Assembly: GCF_004010195.1 (NCBI RefSeq)
Contig: NC_057751.1
Location: forward strand, 1,742,494-1,806,493
DNA length: 64,000 nucleotides
Direction of reading: 5' to 3'
DNA from: Chiloscyllium plagiosum
Taxonomy: Eukaryota
The position numbers and the translations under genes are program-made. The notes under the pieces are model-generated. The model saw nothing but the letters and a program-made list of their open reading frames with translations, did not search any database and had not been told where the DNA came from. How positions within the stretch are numbered: the first letter of the stretch is position 1; every line of letters begins with the position of its first letter. Below are positions 53,507-64,000 of this stretch, piece by piece.

Positions 53507-53922
53507 TTCGGACAGCTAGCTGTATGGTTTCTGTGATTAAAAGCTTGATGAAAAACAGAAGGTTTCACGAACATTTTAAAAGAGTCAAGTGAGGTCAACA
53601 GACAGTGTGTTCTGGGATGGAATTTCAGCAGTTAATTCGGCAGTATTTGAAGAGCCCAGAGGTGGGAGACATAGTGGGTGGGTCACAGACAAAAAAAGTT
53701 ACAAAAGCAAAATACTGCACAGGCTGGAAATACTCAGTAGCTCATGGAGCATCTATAAACAGACAGAGCTAACCTTTCAAATCAATGAGCTTTTCCAATG
53801 ATCTTTCATCAGAACTCGCCACCAGTCTGATTTGTAAATTCTGGTTCTCTCTGTAGCTGCAGCCTGACATACTTCTTACACACAGCATCTCTGTTTTGAG
53901 AAGGGAATATATAACGTCTTAC

Positions 53923-54030
53923 TCATGTTTGTTTACTTCTCGTCAACCTTGAAGATGGAGGTTGGATTACAATCATGAACGGACAGAGTGCTAATCAAAA
54001 TGTAGCACAAGTTGTCCTGCAGATGCTCAG
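53923..54030 (-). pseudogene. Exon E (108 nt, phase 1-1; 1 TAA): EHLQDNLCYILISTLSVHDCNPTSIFKVDEK*TNM
   Basis: Acceptor cacaaattag|CTG, donor TGA|GTAAGA; 107-nt intron from exon D. Confidence 0.6.
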
Positions 54031-54137
54031 CTAATTTGTGACAGTAAGTAGGACAGAGTCAGAAAATGAAACAAGTGCTTCAGCATTGAGCTACACTTGC
54101 TGATTTGTAATAAACCTGCGAAGCCAGAGCATCTTAC

Positions 54138-54219
54138 CGCTCTCCCAAAAGTTATGTACATCATCAGGCAATGAGAATGTTTTTACAAACGAACTAAAAA
54201 AGGCTCTTGTTGAGACCTT
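54138..54219 (-). pseudogene. Exon D (82 nt, phase 0-1, open): KVSTRAFFSSFVKTFSLPDDVHNFWES
   Basis: Acceptor gattttcttag|AAG, strong donor GCG|GTAAGA; only phase 0 is open. Confidence 0.75.
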
Positions 54220-55454
54220 CTAAGAAAATCAAATTCTGACATTGCCTTCAAAAGCACAGCATCAGTCATCCTAAACCCCTCTCAACCTGCACCTCAAGTT
54301 CAAAGCACTGAATTAAACCGAATGATTGAAGAATTGATCTGTAAACCATCATAAATAATTGCATTTTAACACACATCCTGTCCAGTTAAGTTATTGGAGG
54401 ACATGACAACAATGGTTTATCCTTCACAAAATAAAGATCATTGATTGAGTTTGTATGACTCAATGAATGACACATGTGCCTCCAAGTTAGAAATTTAAAT
54501 GTCCAAGTTCCACTCCAGGATGGCATTCCAGTGTAATACTGGGGAAGGATATGGAGTGCACGGTTGGTGACATCTTTGAGAAAAGGTAGTTTACCAATTC
54601 CTTGCCTGCTCTGCCGGTGGATGTAAAAACTCCCATGATGCTACATTAAGAAAGAGCAGACCACCTGCCATTTACCTTGGCACCAGGGTTCTAACACAAG
54701 TCACTGTCATACCATACAAATGCCAGACAATGACAGCTCCAGTAAGAGACAATCTAACCATCAGCCTTTGGCATTCAATTGCATTACCATCACTTGAATT
54801 CCCCACTACCAGCATCCTGGGGGTTACTATTGACCAGAAACTAAACTGGCCATATCAATACCGTGGCTACCAGAGCCAATCTAAGGCAAGGAATACTGCA
54901 GTGAGTAACTCACCTTCAGACTCCCCAAAGCCTGTCCATCATCAACAAAGGCACAAGTCAGGAGTGTGATGGAACACTCTCCACTTGCCTGGATGGGTGC
55001 AGCTCCAACACTACGAAAGAAGTTGACACCATCCAGGACAAAGCTGCCTATCTGAGTGGAACTGCATCCACAAGCATCCACTCCCTCCATCACCGACGCT
55101 CGGTAGCAGCAGTGTGTACCATCTATCAAATTTACCAAAGATCCTCAGACAGCAGCTTCCAAAGTTGCAACCACTTCCACCTCGAAGGACAAGGGCAGCA
55201 GATACATGGGAACACCACCACCACTTGCTAGTTCCCCTCCAAGCCACTCACCATCCTGACTTGGAAATATATCGCTATTCCTTCACTGTCACTGGGTCAC
55301 AATCCTGGAAGTCCCTCCCCAGGGGCATTGTGGGTCAACACATAGCAGATGAATTGCAGTGGTTCAAAAAGGCAGCTCACTCCCACCTTCTCAAGGGCAG
55401 CTCAGCCAGTGACACTCACATCCCATAAATGAATTAGAAGAAAATTCTTCCTTA

Positions 55455-56100
55455 GTTATGGATCCAAAACTGCTCACAACATTCCAAATGCGGTCTGATC
55501 AGTAGCTTACATAGCCTCAGTCATAGATCTCTGCTCTTGTATCACTCCTTCATTGAAATGAATTCCAATGGTGCATTTGCCTTCCTGACCGCCAACTGAA
55601 CCCGCATGTTAACCTTAAGAGAATCCTGAAAGACGTCTCGCAAGTCCGTTTATGGGTCAGATTTCTGAAGCCTTTCTCCATTTACAAAACAGTCTGTTCT
55701 TCCTATGAAAGTGCATAACCTCACACTTGCCAGAGTGTCACATTCTATCTGCCCCTTCTTTGCCCATTCAACTGGCATGCCCAAATTCATTGGCATCCTC
55801 CCTGCCTCCTCAATGCTATCTGTCTCTTCACTTATCTTTGTGCCATCTGCAAACTTAGCAACAAAGCCCTCAGTTTCTTTGTCCAGATCCTTAATGAATA
55901 ATGTGAACAGTTGAGGTCTCAACACTGACCCCTGCGGAACTGCATTAGTCACCAGCTGCCAACCTGAAAAAAGATGCCTTTACTCTCACTCTCTGCCTTC
56001 TGCCAGTCAGCCAATCCTCCATCCATGCCAGTACCTTGCCCCGAACACCATGGGCTCCTATTTTGTTCAGCAGCTTCCTGTCAAAGGCTGTCTGGAAATC
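55455..56100 (-). mobile_element. CR1 LINE RT fragment
   Basis: VPQGSVLRPQLFTLFI...KFADGTK. Confidence 0.9.
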
Positions 56101-56421
56101 CGAATATTGAGCAGATTAAGTTGAATTCATGGAAATTTGCAGTTCCAGCATTCAGTGGAAAAATTTGTAAAAGAAGACGAATTGTATAAAGACAATTTAT
56201 GAAGCAGGTCTTTGTGGGGTTGAGGCATTTGGGGAAAAGACCTATCAATGGACAATGGGTCTCTTCAGGAAGAGAAACAAAATAAGCATAAACTTGGCAA
56301 TTTGGGTGCAAATTTGCTGAAATCCTTTCAAAAGTAAAGTGCATTGTTGGGATGGCATCTACAGGATGGATCTATCCAGGACAAAAGGTGAAAGGGGTTT
56401 TGATCAATTAGTCACACTGAC

Positions 56422-56624
56422 AAAGACAATTTGCTCTTCAGAAAGACCATATTTTTCTTGTTCTTTGGAATGATCCAGTTCCACCACAAATCAGAGCATT
56501 TCTGGAGTGACGTGTTCAGAATAAAAGGTCTATTTCACATTCACGTCTGGTAACAAAACAGTGATTCATTCTGAGAAGCCTTCCGGACAGAGCTTCACAC
56601 TTTCTTCAGTCGAGCATGCTGTTA
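56422..56624 (-). pseudogene. Exon C (~203 nt, phase 1-0; TGA,TAG,TGA): TACSTEESVKLCPEGFSE*ITVLLPDVNVK*TFYSEHVTPEML*FVVELDHSKEQEKYGLSEEQIVF
   Basis: Acceptor tctcgtgatacag|TAA; donor TTT|GTCAGT uncertain, exon may be longer. Confidence 0.5.
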
Positions 56625-57612
56625 CTGTATCACGAGAACACAGATGCGTTGTGTGTATTTGTCATGCATTGGAACCAAAGAGTCAAAAGTTAAACTCCAA
56701 TAGGCCCAGGGGCTTGGACAAGAAGCTAATCAGGATCAAGTAACAAGGTCTGCCCGTGTAACAGGACCTAGGTTACTTTCTGGCACAACCACCAAATTGC
56801 AGCGATTCAAATTGGAGTTATGCAAGAGGTCAGCATGGAAGGAGGTTCAAGATCTTGGAGGGTCGTGCGGCTGGAGAAGATTATAAAAATTGAAACAGGT
56901 AAGGCCATAGCCACGTTTGAAAACAAGGGTGGAAATTTCAGGATGAAGGACCACAGGCCAATACAGTTCAGCGGGAAGAGGGGAAATTGATGGAGGCATC
57001 TCCTGATAGATTGAAAAGGCAGCACCATTTGAAGGGAAATCATAGTCAACACTCCTCTCTTATGCATCAAAAAATACAGGTGCAGAATGTGGCGATTGAT
57101 GGGATCACGAACTGAACAAAATCTTGTGTTTGTCCAAACAATAAGTAGCTGTAGGACTGACATCATGAACTCTGTGTGAAATCCTTCAGACTGAGACTCA
57201 GGGATGCTGTTAAAATTCAAGTCAAGCTTTCACTGAAATATATGACCGAGACAGTGACACAAAGAATCATGCAATGCAACGTGCACAGGATATTTGTCAT
57301 TATTTTTCAAAAGTCAGAGATATTTGGTTGTTACATTTAATAATACTTTGGAATTAAATTGTTAAATTTGACCTTCTTTTCAATTTTTATACTGGTTCAA
57401 CACCTCAAATAAGCAAAAGATAGTTCTACGCTGCAATAACTTGCCGACAAATGATCAGATATACTCGCACAGAACTTACAAACGTTGTAAATTGCACACT
57501 GAATTTTAGAGAGTTGCATCTGAGTCTATAAACAAGTGCACATCGAAGTCCATGTGTGTGCTCACCTGAATGTTTGCAGGTATACTACCCAATACTTCCA
57601 CTTGCATGTCAA

Positions 57613-57686
57613 TGTGTGTGTCAGTGTTTGTGTGCATGTGGATGTGTGAGTGAGTGTCTGTGTCTGCATGTCTGTCTGTGTGTGTG
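57613..57686. repeat. Degenerate (TG)n microsatellite
   Basis: Direct reading. Confidence 0.8.
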
Positions 57687-57910
57687 ATTCCAGAGCAAGC
57701 TGTCAGAAATGACAAGGTGGTGGCAAAAAATTATATGTTTCCATCTGCTCTTTATGTCACAGTTTCTCAATTTATCCGAGACAGCAATTTGTTTTGAAAT
57801 TACAATGCAGTAGTGGTATAATTAATTTTTTGACAGAAACTCCATTCTACAACACTTTGTTCTTGGAAAATAAGTGACAGTTTCACGCAGAATAAGCAAT
57901 GAAGAATGAC

Positions 57911-58047
57911 CTGCTCAATTCATAAAGAGTCAGTCCCTGTTCTGATAATTTCTCAACTCCAAATCTGACGCTGGGTTAACGGGAGTCGATTGCGCCATTG
58001 TGCACCAGTGACAACATCTTTGATTCAAGCAGAACCATTCCATCAAA
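57911..58047 (-). pseudogene. Exon B (137 nt, phase 2-1; 2 TGA): LMEWFCLNQRCCHWCTMAQSTPVNPASDLELRNYQNRD*LFMN*A
   Basis: Acceptor tttttatgttag|TTT, donor CAG|GTCATT; frame inferred from neighbours. Confidence 0.5.
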
Positions 58048-58209
58048 CTAACATAAAAATGGGAATTTTAGAAATACACAGGGATTAAATCAACATAAAT
58101 AGTGGACACGGTGACTGAAATGTTACAGTACTGACAGAATTATTGAACAAATTAGGTTAATGCGCTGCAACTTCGACAGTGGCATACACCTGTAGAAACA
58201 CACACATGA

Positions 58210-58391
58210 AAAGTTAAAAATCACACAACATCAGGTTATAGTCCAACAGGTTTAATTGGAAGCACACTGGCTTTTGGAGCGACGCTCCTTCATCAGGTGA
58301 AAGCTAGTGTGCTTCCAATTAAACCTGTTGGACTATAACCTGGTGTTGTGTGATTTTTAACTTTGTACACCCCAGTCCAACATCTACAAAT
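58210..58391. mobile_element. Near-perfect ~65-bp inverted-arm mini-element with a hammerhead-like motif in the loop
   Basis: Arms 58210-58273 / 58300-58364; minus strand CAC-CTGATGAA-GGAGCGTCGCTCC-AAAA-GCCA-GTG; CACACAT(G/A)AA flanks. Confidence 0.85.
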
Positions 58392-59200
58392 CACACATAA
58401 AAAGATCACCATGAAACCATGTTGGTTTTGTGAAATAGCTTAAGTGCTCAACTGGGCGGTTCTACAGCTGACATGATCCACTCCTGTTCTTTGCTATGAG
58501 ACTTTACAGTAGATTGATCCATGACTGTCACTTGTTTCCCTCGGGACAGTTCACAGCATATGTGTTTTTATTGGTAATGCACTTCTCCTTTAGTCACAAG
58601 ACTGTGTTCAAGCCCCACTCAAAGACTTGAGCACAGAAGTGACACTGCAGCACTGAAGGAATACTGCTCCCACTCAAATACCACCTTCTCGATGAGACAT
58701 TTCATCAATGCCTCGTCTGCCCTCAAGACGATGTCAAAGATTCCATGATGCCCTTTCACAGAGGTGTCATGATCAGTTGCAGAAACCAAAATACTCACAG
58801 CAAACTCTGGAGACAGCAATGTGATAATGAAGCATCTGTTCTTGTGATTTTAAGAACAAATCTGAAACAGGTTTTGGTCAGTGTAGAAACCAATCGCATT
58901 TTTCCTATCCATTTCAGCTAGCAATCAAGATTTAGGTTTCATGTCTCAAAAAAGTCTGTCCTTGTCCTTCACAAAATTGTACACGAAATGAATTTATACA
59001 TGGCTGGCTTCCTGATTCTTACAGTTTGCAGGCATGATTTGGAGGTGCCGGTGTTGGACTGGGGTGTGCAAAGTTAAAAATCACACTACACCAGGTGATA
59101 GTCCAACAGGTTTATTTGGAAGCACTAGCTTTCGGAGCGCTGCTCTTTGAGAACTGCTGATGCTTTTGTACTTTGATCTCCAGCCTCACATGCGACTGAC

Positions 59201-59545
59201 TTCAATGAAACCACACCCTTGCTTGCCAACACCACGTGATTGCTCTTTGATATTGGTACAACTGGCAGAGGTTTCAGCGGATTTGTGCCAGAATGCAAAA
59301 CATTTCTTGGCTCAAAGTCATAAGCATCATTAAAGAAGCAGTCTAAGTAGGTAGGTGCTTGATGAGTAACATCTCCACAGTACAGATGTTCTTTAGGAAT
59401 TGATGCCGTGAGGAATTTGACAGCTGCATTCTGTACTTCACTCATGCCAGGGACAGTTTCAGTTGATCGTAAACAAACAACCTTTGCGTAGAAATAGTCT
59501 GCACCAACTTTGACAAGAATTGGGAATAAAGTATATTTGGAGAAT
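59201..59545 (-). pseudogene. Exon A (345 nt, phase 2-2, open): FSKYTLFPILVKVGADYFYAKVVCLRSTETVPGMSEVQNAAVKFLTASIPKEHLYCGDV...AYDFEPRNVLHSG...VVSL
   Basis: Acceptor ccttaaag|ATT, donor GAA|GTCAGT; overlaps ORF 59125..59445; no stop. Confidence 0.75.
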
Positions 59546-60064
59546 CTTTAAGGAATTTGTGTATTGATGTAGGAAAGGCAGTTTGTAAATTCATATCAGG
59601 GAGAAGTTGAGTTTGAATTGAACTAGCTTTGTGCAGGAAGGGATTGAAAAGCATATTGGTCGATAACTTTCTGGACAACAAGATTTTTCTTTAAGACTTG
59701 CAGTTGAATCTGAAATCATCAGTCTCTCATGACTGACCTGACAACACTGGAACACTCGCTCAGTACTGCTCCTCCGACAGGATAGCGCACCCTGATGACC
59801 ATTTGACAACATAATGCTTCTTCAGTGCTGACGATCTGATAGTACAGCAAGCCAGTTGTATCAACCCTTGAATCATACAACGCTTCCTCAGTAATAACAC
59901 TCCAACACTGCAATGCTCCCTCAATTATGACTCTGTGACATAACAGACTTGCATGTGAGAAGCTAAATATTTTCAGAATCCGGACGTAAACATATCAGAG
60001 AGAGTTTTATTTCAACAAACCGTACACCATAAAATGGACTTGGTGTCTGGCTGACTTTTCTTTT

Positions 60065-60260
60065 TTCTGGAAAATCTCAGCAGGTCTGGAGACACATCAG
60101 TGGAGGCAAATCAGAACGGAGGACTGGAGATCAGTTCTGAAGAAGGATCACTGAAGCTGAAACATTAACTCTGATTTCTCTCCACAGACCCTGCCAGCTC
60201 TGTTGAGATTTTCCAGCAATTTCTGTTTTTGCTTCAGATTTCCAGCATCCGCAGTTCTTT
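60065..60260. mobile_element. PLE-derived inverted mini-element, another family
   Basis: ctggaaaatctcagc / gttgagattttccag arms; degenerate GTT-CTGAAGAA...GAAACATT-AAC at 60134-60169. Confidence 0.65.
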
Positions 60261-60287
60261 CAGGGCTTTGACTTTTCTGTACACATT

Positions 60288-61633
60288 TAGAGTTATAGAG
60301 ATGTATAGCATGCAAACAGATCTTTCAGTCTAACCCGTCCATGTCAATCAGATATCCTAACCTAATCTAGTCCCATTTGCCGGCATTTTTCCCATATCCC
60401 TCCAAGCCCTTCCTATTCATATACCCATCCAGATGCCTTGTAAATGTTGTAATTGTACCAGCCTCCACCACTTCCTCCAGCAGCTCATTCCATATACCTA
60501 CCACCGTCTATGTGAAAAAGTTGCCTGAAAGTTCACATTTCGGCAAAAGAGTTGCCCCCATGTCTTTTTAAAATCTCTCTCCTCTCATGCATCTCGAGAT
60601 GGAGGGACCCTTCTATTTGGATCTCTATTTCATCTCTATTTGGATCCAAGGTATAAAATATAGAACACTTATTCCTTAACCATCAACAAGAAAAAAATTA
60701 GAAGCTGACTGTTGGGTATATGAGTAGGAAAGGTTTAGAGGGATATGGAAGTAGATTTGTTTAGGATATAGAACATAGAACATTACAGTGCAGTACAGGC
60801 CCTTTGGCCCCCGATGTTGCGCTGACCTGTGGAACCAATCTACATTCCATTCTCAACCAAATGTTTATCCATTGACCATTTAAATGCCCTTAAAATTGGT
60901 GAATCTACCACTGTTGCAGGCAGTGCATTCCACACCCCGACTACTCTCTGAGTAAAGAAACTACCTCGACATCTGTCCTCTATTTATCACTCCTCAATCT
61001 AAAGATATGTCCCTTCATGATAGTCATCACCATCTGAGGAAAAAGGCTCTCACTGTCCACCCTATCTAACCCTCTGATTATCTTATATGTCACAATTAAG
61101 TCACCTCTCAACCTTCTTATCTCCAACGAAAACAGCCTCAAGTCCCTCAGCCTTTCCTCATAAGACCTTCCCTCCATACCAGGTGCCTTCCTAGTAAATC
61201 TCCTCTGAACTCTTTCCAAAGCTTCCACATCCTTCCTATAATGCGGTGACCAGAACTATATACAATACTTCAAGTACAGCTGCAAGATGACCTCATGGCT
61301 CCGAAAGTCAATCCCACTACCAATAAAAGCGAACACACCGTATGCCTTCTTAGCAACCCTATCAACTTGGGTAGCAATTTTCAAGGATCTATGTACATGG
61401 ACACTGAGATTTCTCTGTTCATCTACACTACTCTGCATTCCTGTTACTCATTCCAAAGTGAATCACCTCACACTTTTCTGTATTAAACTCCATTTGCCAC
61501 CTCTCAGCTCCGCTCTGCAGCTTATCTATGTCCCTCTGTAACCTGCAACATCCTTCAGCACCATCCACAACTCCACCGACTTTAGTATCATCTGCAAATT
61601 TACTAACTCATTCTTCTATGCCCTCATCCAGGT
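60288..61633 (-). mobile_element. Two CR1-clade LINE 3' fragments (~60288-60590, ~60768-61633)
   Basis: ALERVQRRFTR, RRLRGDLI, WNEL motifs and tails. Confidence 0.9.
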
Positions 61634-61634
61634 G

Positions 61635-64000
61635 ATTTTTTTTTGTGAAATATACTTATTCACAAAAAAAAACTTTTTTTGAAATATAAAGTTATAGAAA
61701 ATGTAACAAATACCAGTATAATAAAAGAAATGCAAATTACAATACAACTATTGTCTATTAACTACAAATCTTCCCTATAAAACAAACCAAAACCAAACAC
61801 TGTGCAAAACAACGCTAATAAATAAATAAGTGACTAAAAAAAACAAAATAACAGACAAGAAAACAAAATAGCAATGCGTGGCACAGAGCTCCCAAACAAA
61901 ACATGAGAGTGTTGTATATAACCCGCATTAACTCAGGGGTTCCCCTTCCAGGGCCAGGACTCAGCAAACCAAAACATCCTGGCTAAACAAACACCCTGGT
62001 TAAGATAGCAGACAAATCAGTGTTCAAATAACTCATAAAAGGGCTGCCATGACTGATCAAAAAGGGTTGTTGTGTGGTGCACCGTATTTGTGAAAAAATC
62101 CAAGGGAACATGCTCCATAATTAAGTTTCACTATCCCAGCAAACCTGACAGGATCTCAGACACCCAAGTCATCAGAATATTGAATCATTTCTTCCCATGC
62201 CCATCTAATTTGGTAGACCGAGAAGGAGAGATATCAGGTCTACTTTGACTTATCTCTCCCGCCACAGCGCTCCAGTAAACATGGAGCCTGTGGCGTGTCC
62301 AGAAGCAATGGGTAAGAGTACCAACACTTATTGTACATTTGGGGCACACTGAAGATGCCCCTTTTTTTAAACTTTGCAGGACGGTCTTGTGCCCGATGAG
62401 CCCTGTGCACATGTCCTGTTACAGATTGAGATCTTTCGAGTATTCTCCCTTATGTTCTCCCATGTTTCAGAAGAGATCTCCACTCCCAGCTCTTGCTCCC
62501 AGACCTCACATAACCGGTTAATATCCTGCCAGGCCCTGCCACCCAGCAGGCGATAGAGGGCACTAACCGAAAGGGTGCTTGTGGAGCATAGCAACAACCT
62601 CTCTATATCAGGCTTATAGGGCTTCGTGAGAAGCGTAGTCTTCTTCTGGCTGAAATCCCTAACCTGAAAAAAATGGAAAAGGTCTCTGCTGGGCAACCAG
62701 TATTTGAAGCTCAATTGCTTGAAAGACATCATAACCTCCCCCTCAAACAAGTCTCCCAAACTAGAAACTCCCTCTCGCTGCCCATAGTTTGAACCCTGAG
62801 TCCATCATCCCTGGTCGGAACCCTGGCGTGCCAACTATGGGAGTGAGTGGCAAAGTCTTGGAGAAGCATCTGATGCATCACTCTGATGCATCGCCCTCCA
62901 TGCCTTGACCGTACTAATAACAATGAGGTTCCAGTAGTGGTCCAAAACTGTCCTCATCTTATCTATGAACAATAGGTTAATAAGGGGGCACTTTGCCTGG
63001 GTGGCCTCAATATCCAGCCATATTGAGTTTGGATCGTAACCTACCCAATCGCAGACAAAGGACAGCAGGGGACTCAATTGATACCTCCTGATGTCTGGGA
63101 AATCAACTCCTTCCCCTCCTTGAGGCAACTGCAATTTATTAAGTTTGATAAGGAGCCACCCATGATGCCAAACAAAAGAACTAAACCAATCCATAAGTTT
63201 CCACAACGTTGACCTGGGAAACATTTTCGGGAGCATACGCATGGGATAAAGCAAACGAGGGAGGACATTCATCTTAATAAGAGCTATTCGGCCCAGCCAT
63301 GAAATTGGAAGAGCCTCCCATCTCTCGAGATCCCAGCTAATATTGTCGAGCAGGTGAACGAAGTTAGTCCAAAATAACTGATCAAACATGGGGGCAATAA
63401 AGATACCTAGGTATCAGAAACCCACCCATGACCACTTAAAGAGGAACCTTGGGCCACCTTCAACCTTTGGCACTTCCTTTAGGTCCCCCAAAGACACAGC
63501 CTCCGATTTTGCAAAGTTGATCTTATATCATGAAAAAGTCCCAAATGAATTGATACATTGTATCAGATGGGGTACGGAGGTGATCGGGTTCAATAAAAAC
63601 AGAAGGACACCATCCGCATACAGTGTATTCCTGTGTACCCTCAATCCCACTTCCGGAGCAGTTCTGTGGACGTTCTGACGAATAGCCTCTGCCAGTGGCT
63701 CTATCACCAACGTAAACAACAGCAGTGAGAGGGGGCAGCCTTGACGACTACCAATCCTACAGTTCCCAGATTTCACACCAGTGGTGATGACCGTGGCCAG
63801 AGGGTGGCGATATACAACCTCCACCCACCTAGCAAAGACCCCACTCAACCCAAACTGCTCGAAGACAGAAAAGAGTTATGGCCATTCCACCCGGTCAAAT
63901 GCTTTCTCTGCATCTAAGGAAATCACCAACCTCTGGATCGATCGTTGCTGATGTGTTTGGATCATTTTAAGCAACTTTGTAACATTATTAGAATACCTAC
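61635..64000 (-). mobile_element. L1-clade LINE ORF2 3' half and 3' UTR (frameshifted), runs off the window
   Basis: RQGCPLSLLLF, LYADG, GRIALIKMNVLPRLLY, CPKC...THCFW zinc knuckle, T-run (polyA) at ~61636-61644. Confidence 0.93.

Larger units (their letters stand above)
3150..59545 (-). pseudogene. Large unprocessed multi-exon pseudogene of an unidentified protein (>1100 aa reconstructable, C2-like segment); probably extends beyond the window
   Basis: About 21 minus-strand segments flanked by pyrimidine-tract+AG and GT donors. Phases chain 2-2,2-1,1-0,0-1,1-1,1-1,1-1,1-2,2-1,1-1,1-1,1-1,1-0,0-1,1-1,1-2,2-0,0-2,2-0,0-2,2-. The 20 internal exons total 3387 nt with 18 in-frame stops. Some boundaries were chosen to fit phase. 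Confidence 0.75.

Noticed and set aside
5100..58047. Multi-selenocysteine protein explaining the many in-frame TGAs
   Set aside because: TAG and TAA also occur in frame, the distal exon appears frameshifted and interrupted by retroelements, and I recognised no SECIS; CpG decay is simpler.

Overview
Eukaryotic, repeat-rich vertebrate DNA, most likely a shark or ray (HE1-type tRNA-derived SINEs, HER1/CR1 LINEs, SacSINE1/DeuSINE-like elements). About half the window is retroelement debris: CR1/L2 LINEs, an L1-clade LINE at the right end, Penelope-like elements (PLEs) and their short palindromic derivatives, solo LTRs and SINEs. There are two assembly gaps. I found no intact protein-coding gene. 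Two signals are not visible in the ORF track. (1) A large minus-strand multi-exon gene remnant spans at least 3150-59545. About 20 internal exons have canonical AG/GT boundaries and chain in phase into about 1130 codons, but that frame carries 18 premature stops, 13 of them TGA. A long distal exon is broken by transposon insertions. It looks like an unprocessed pseudogene of a protein I cannot name, with a C2-like segment. (2) Minimal hammerhead-ribozyme motifs (CUGANGA...GAAA...NUH) from at least four PLE-related families occur on both strands, and some sit at the centre of hairpin-forming mini-elements. All calls are by eye and no database search was run. Repeat boundaries are approximate.
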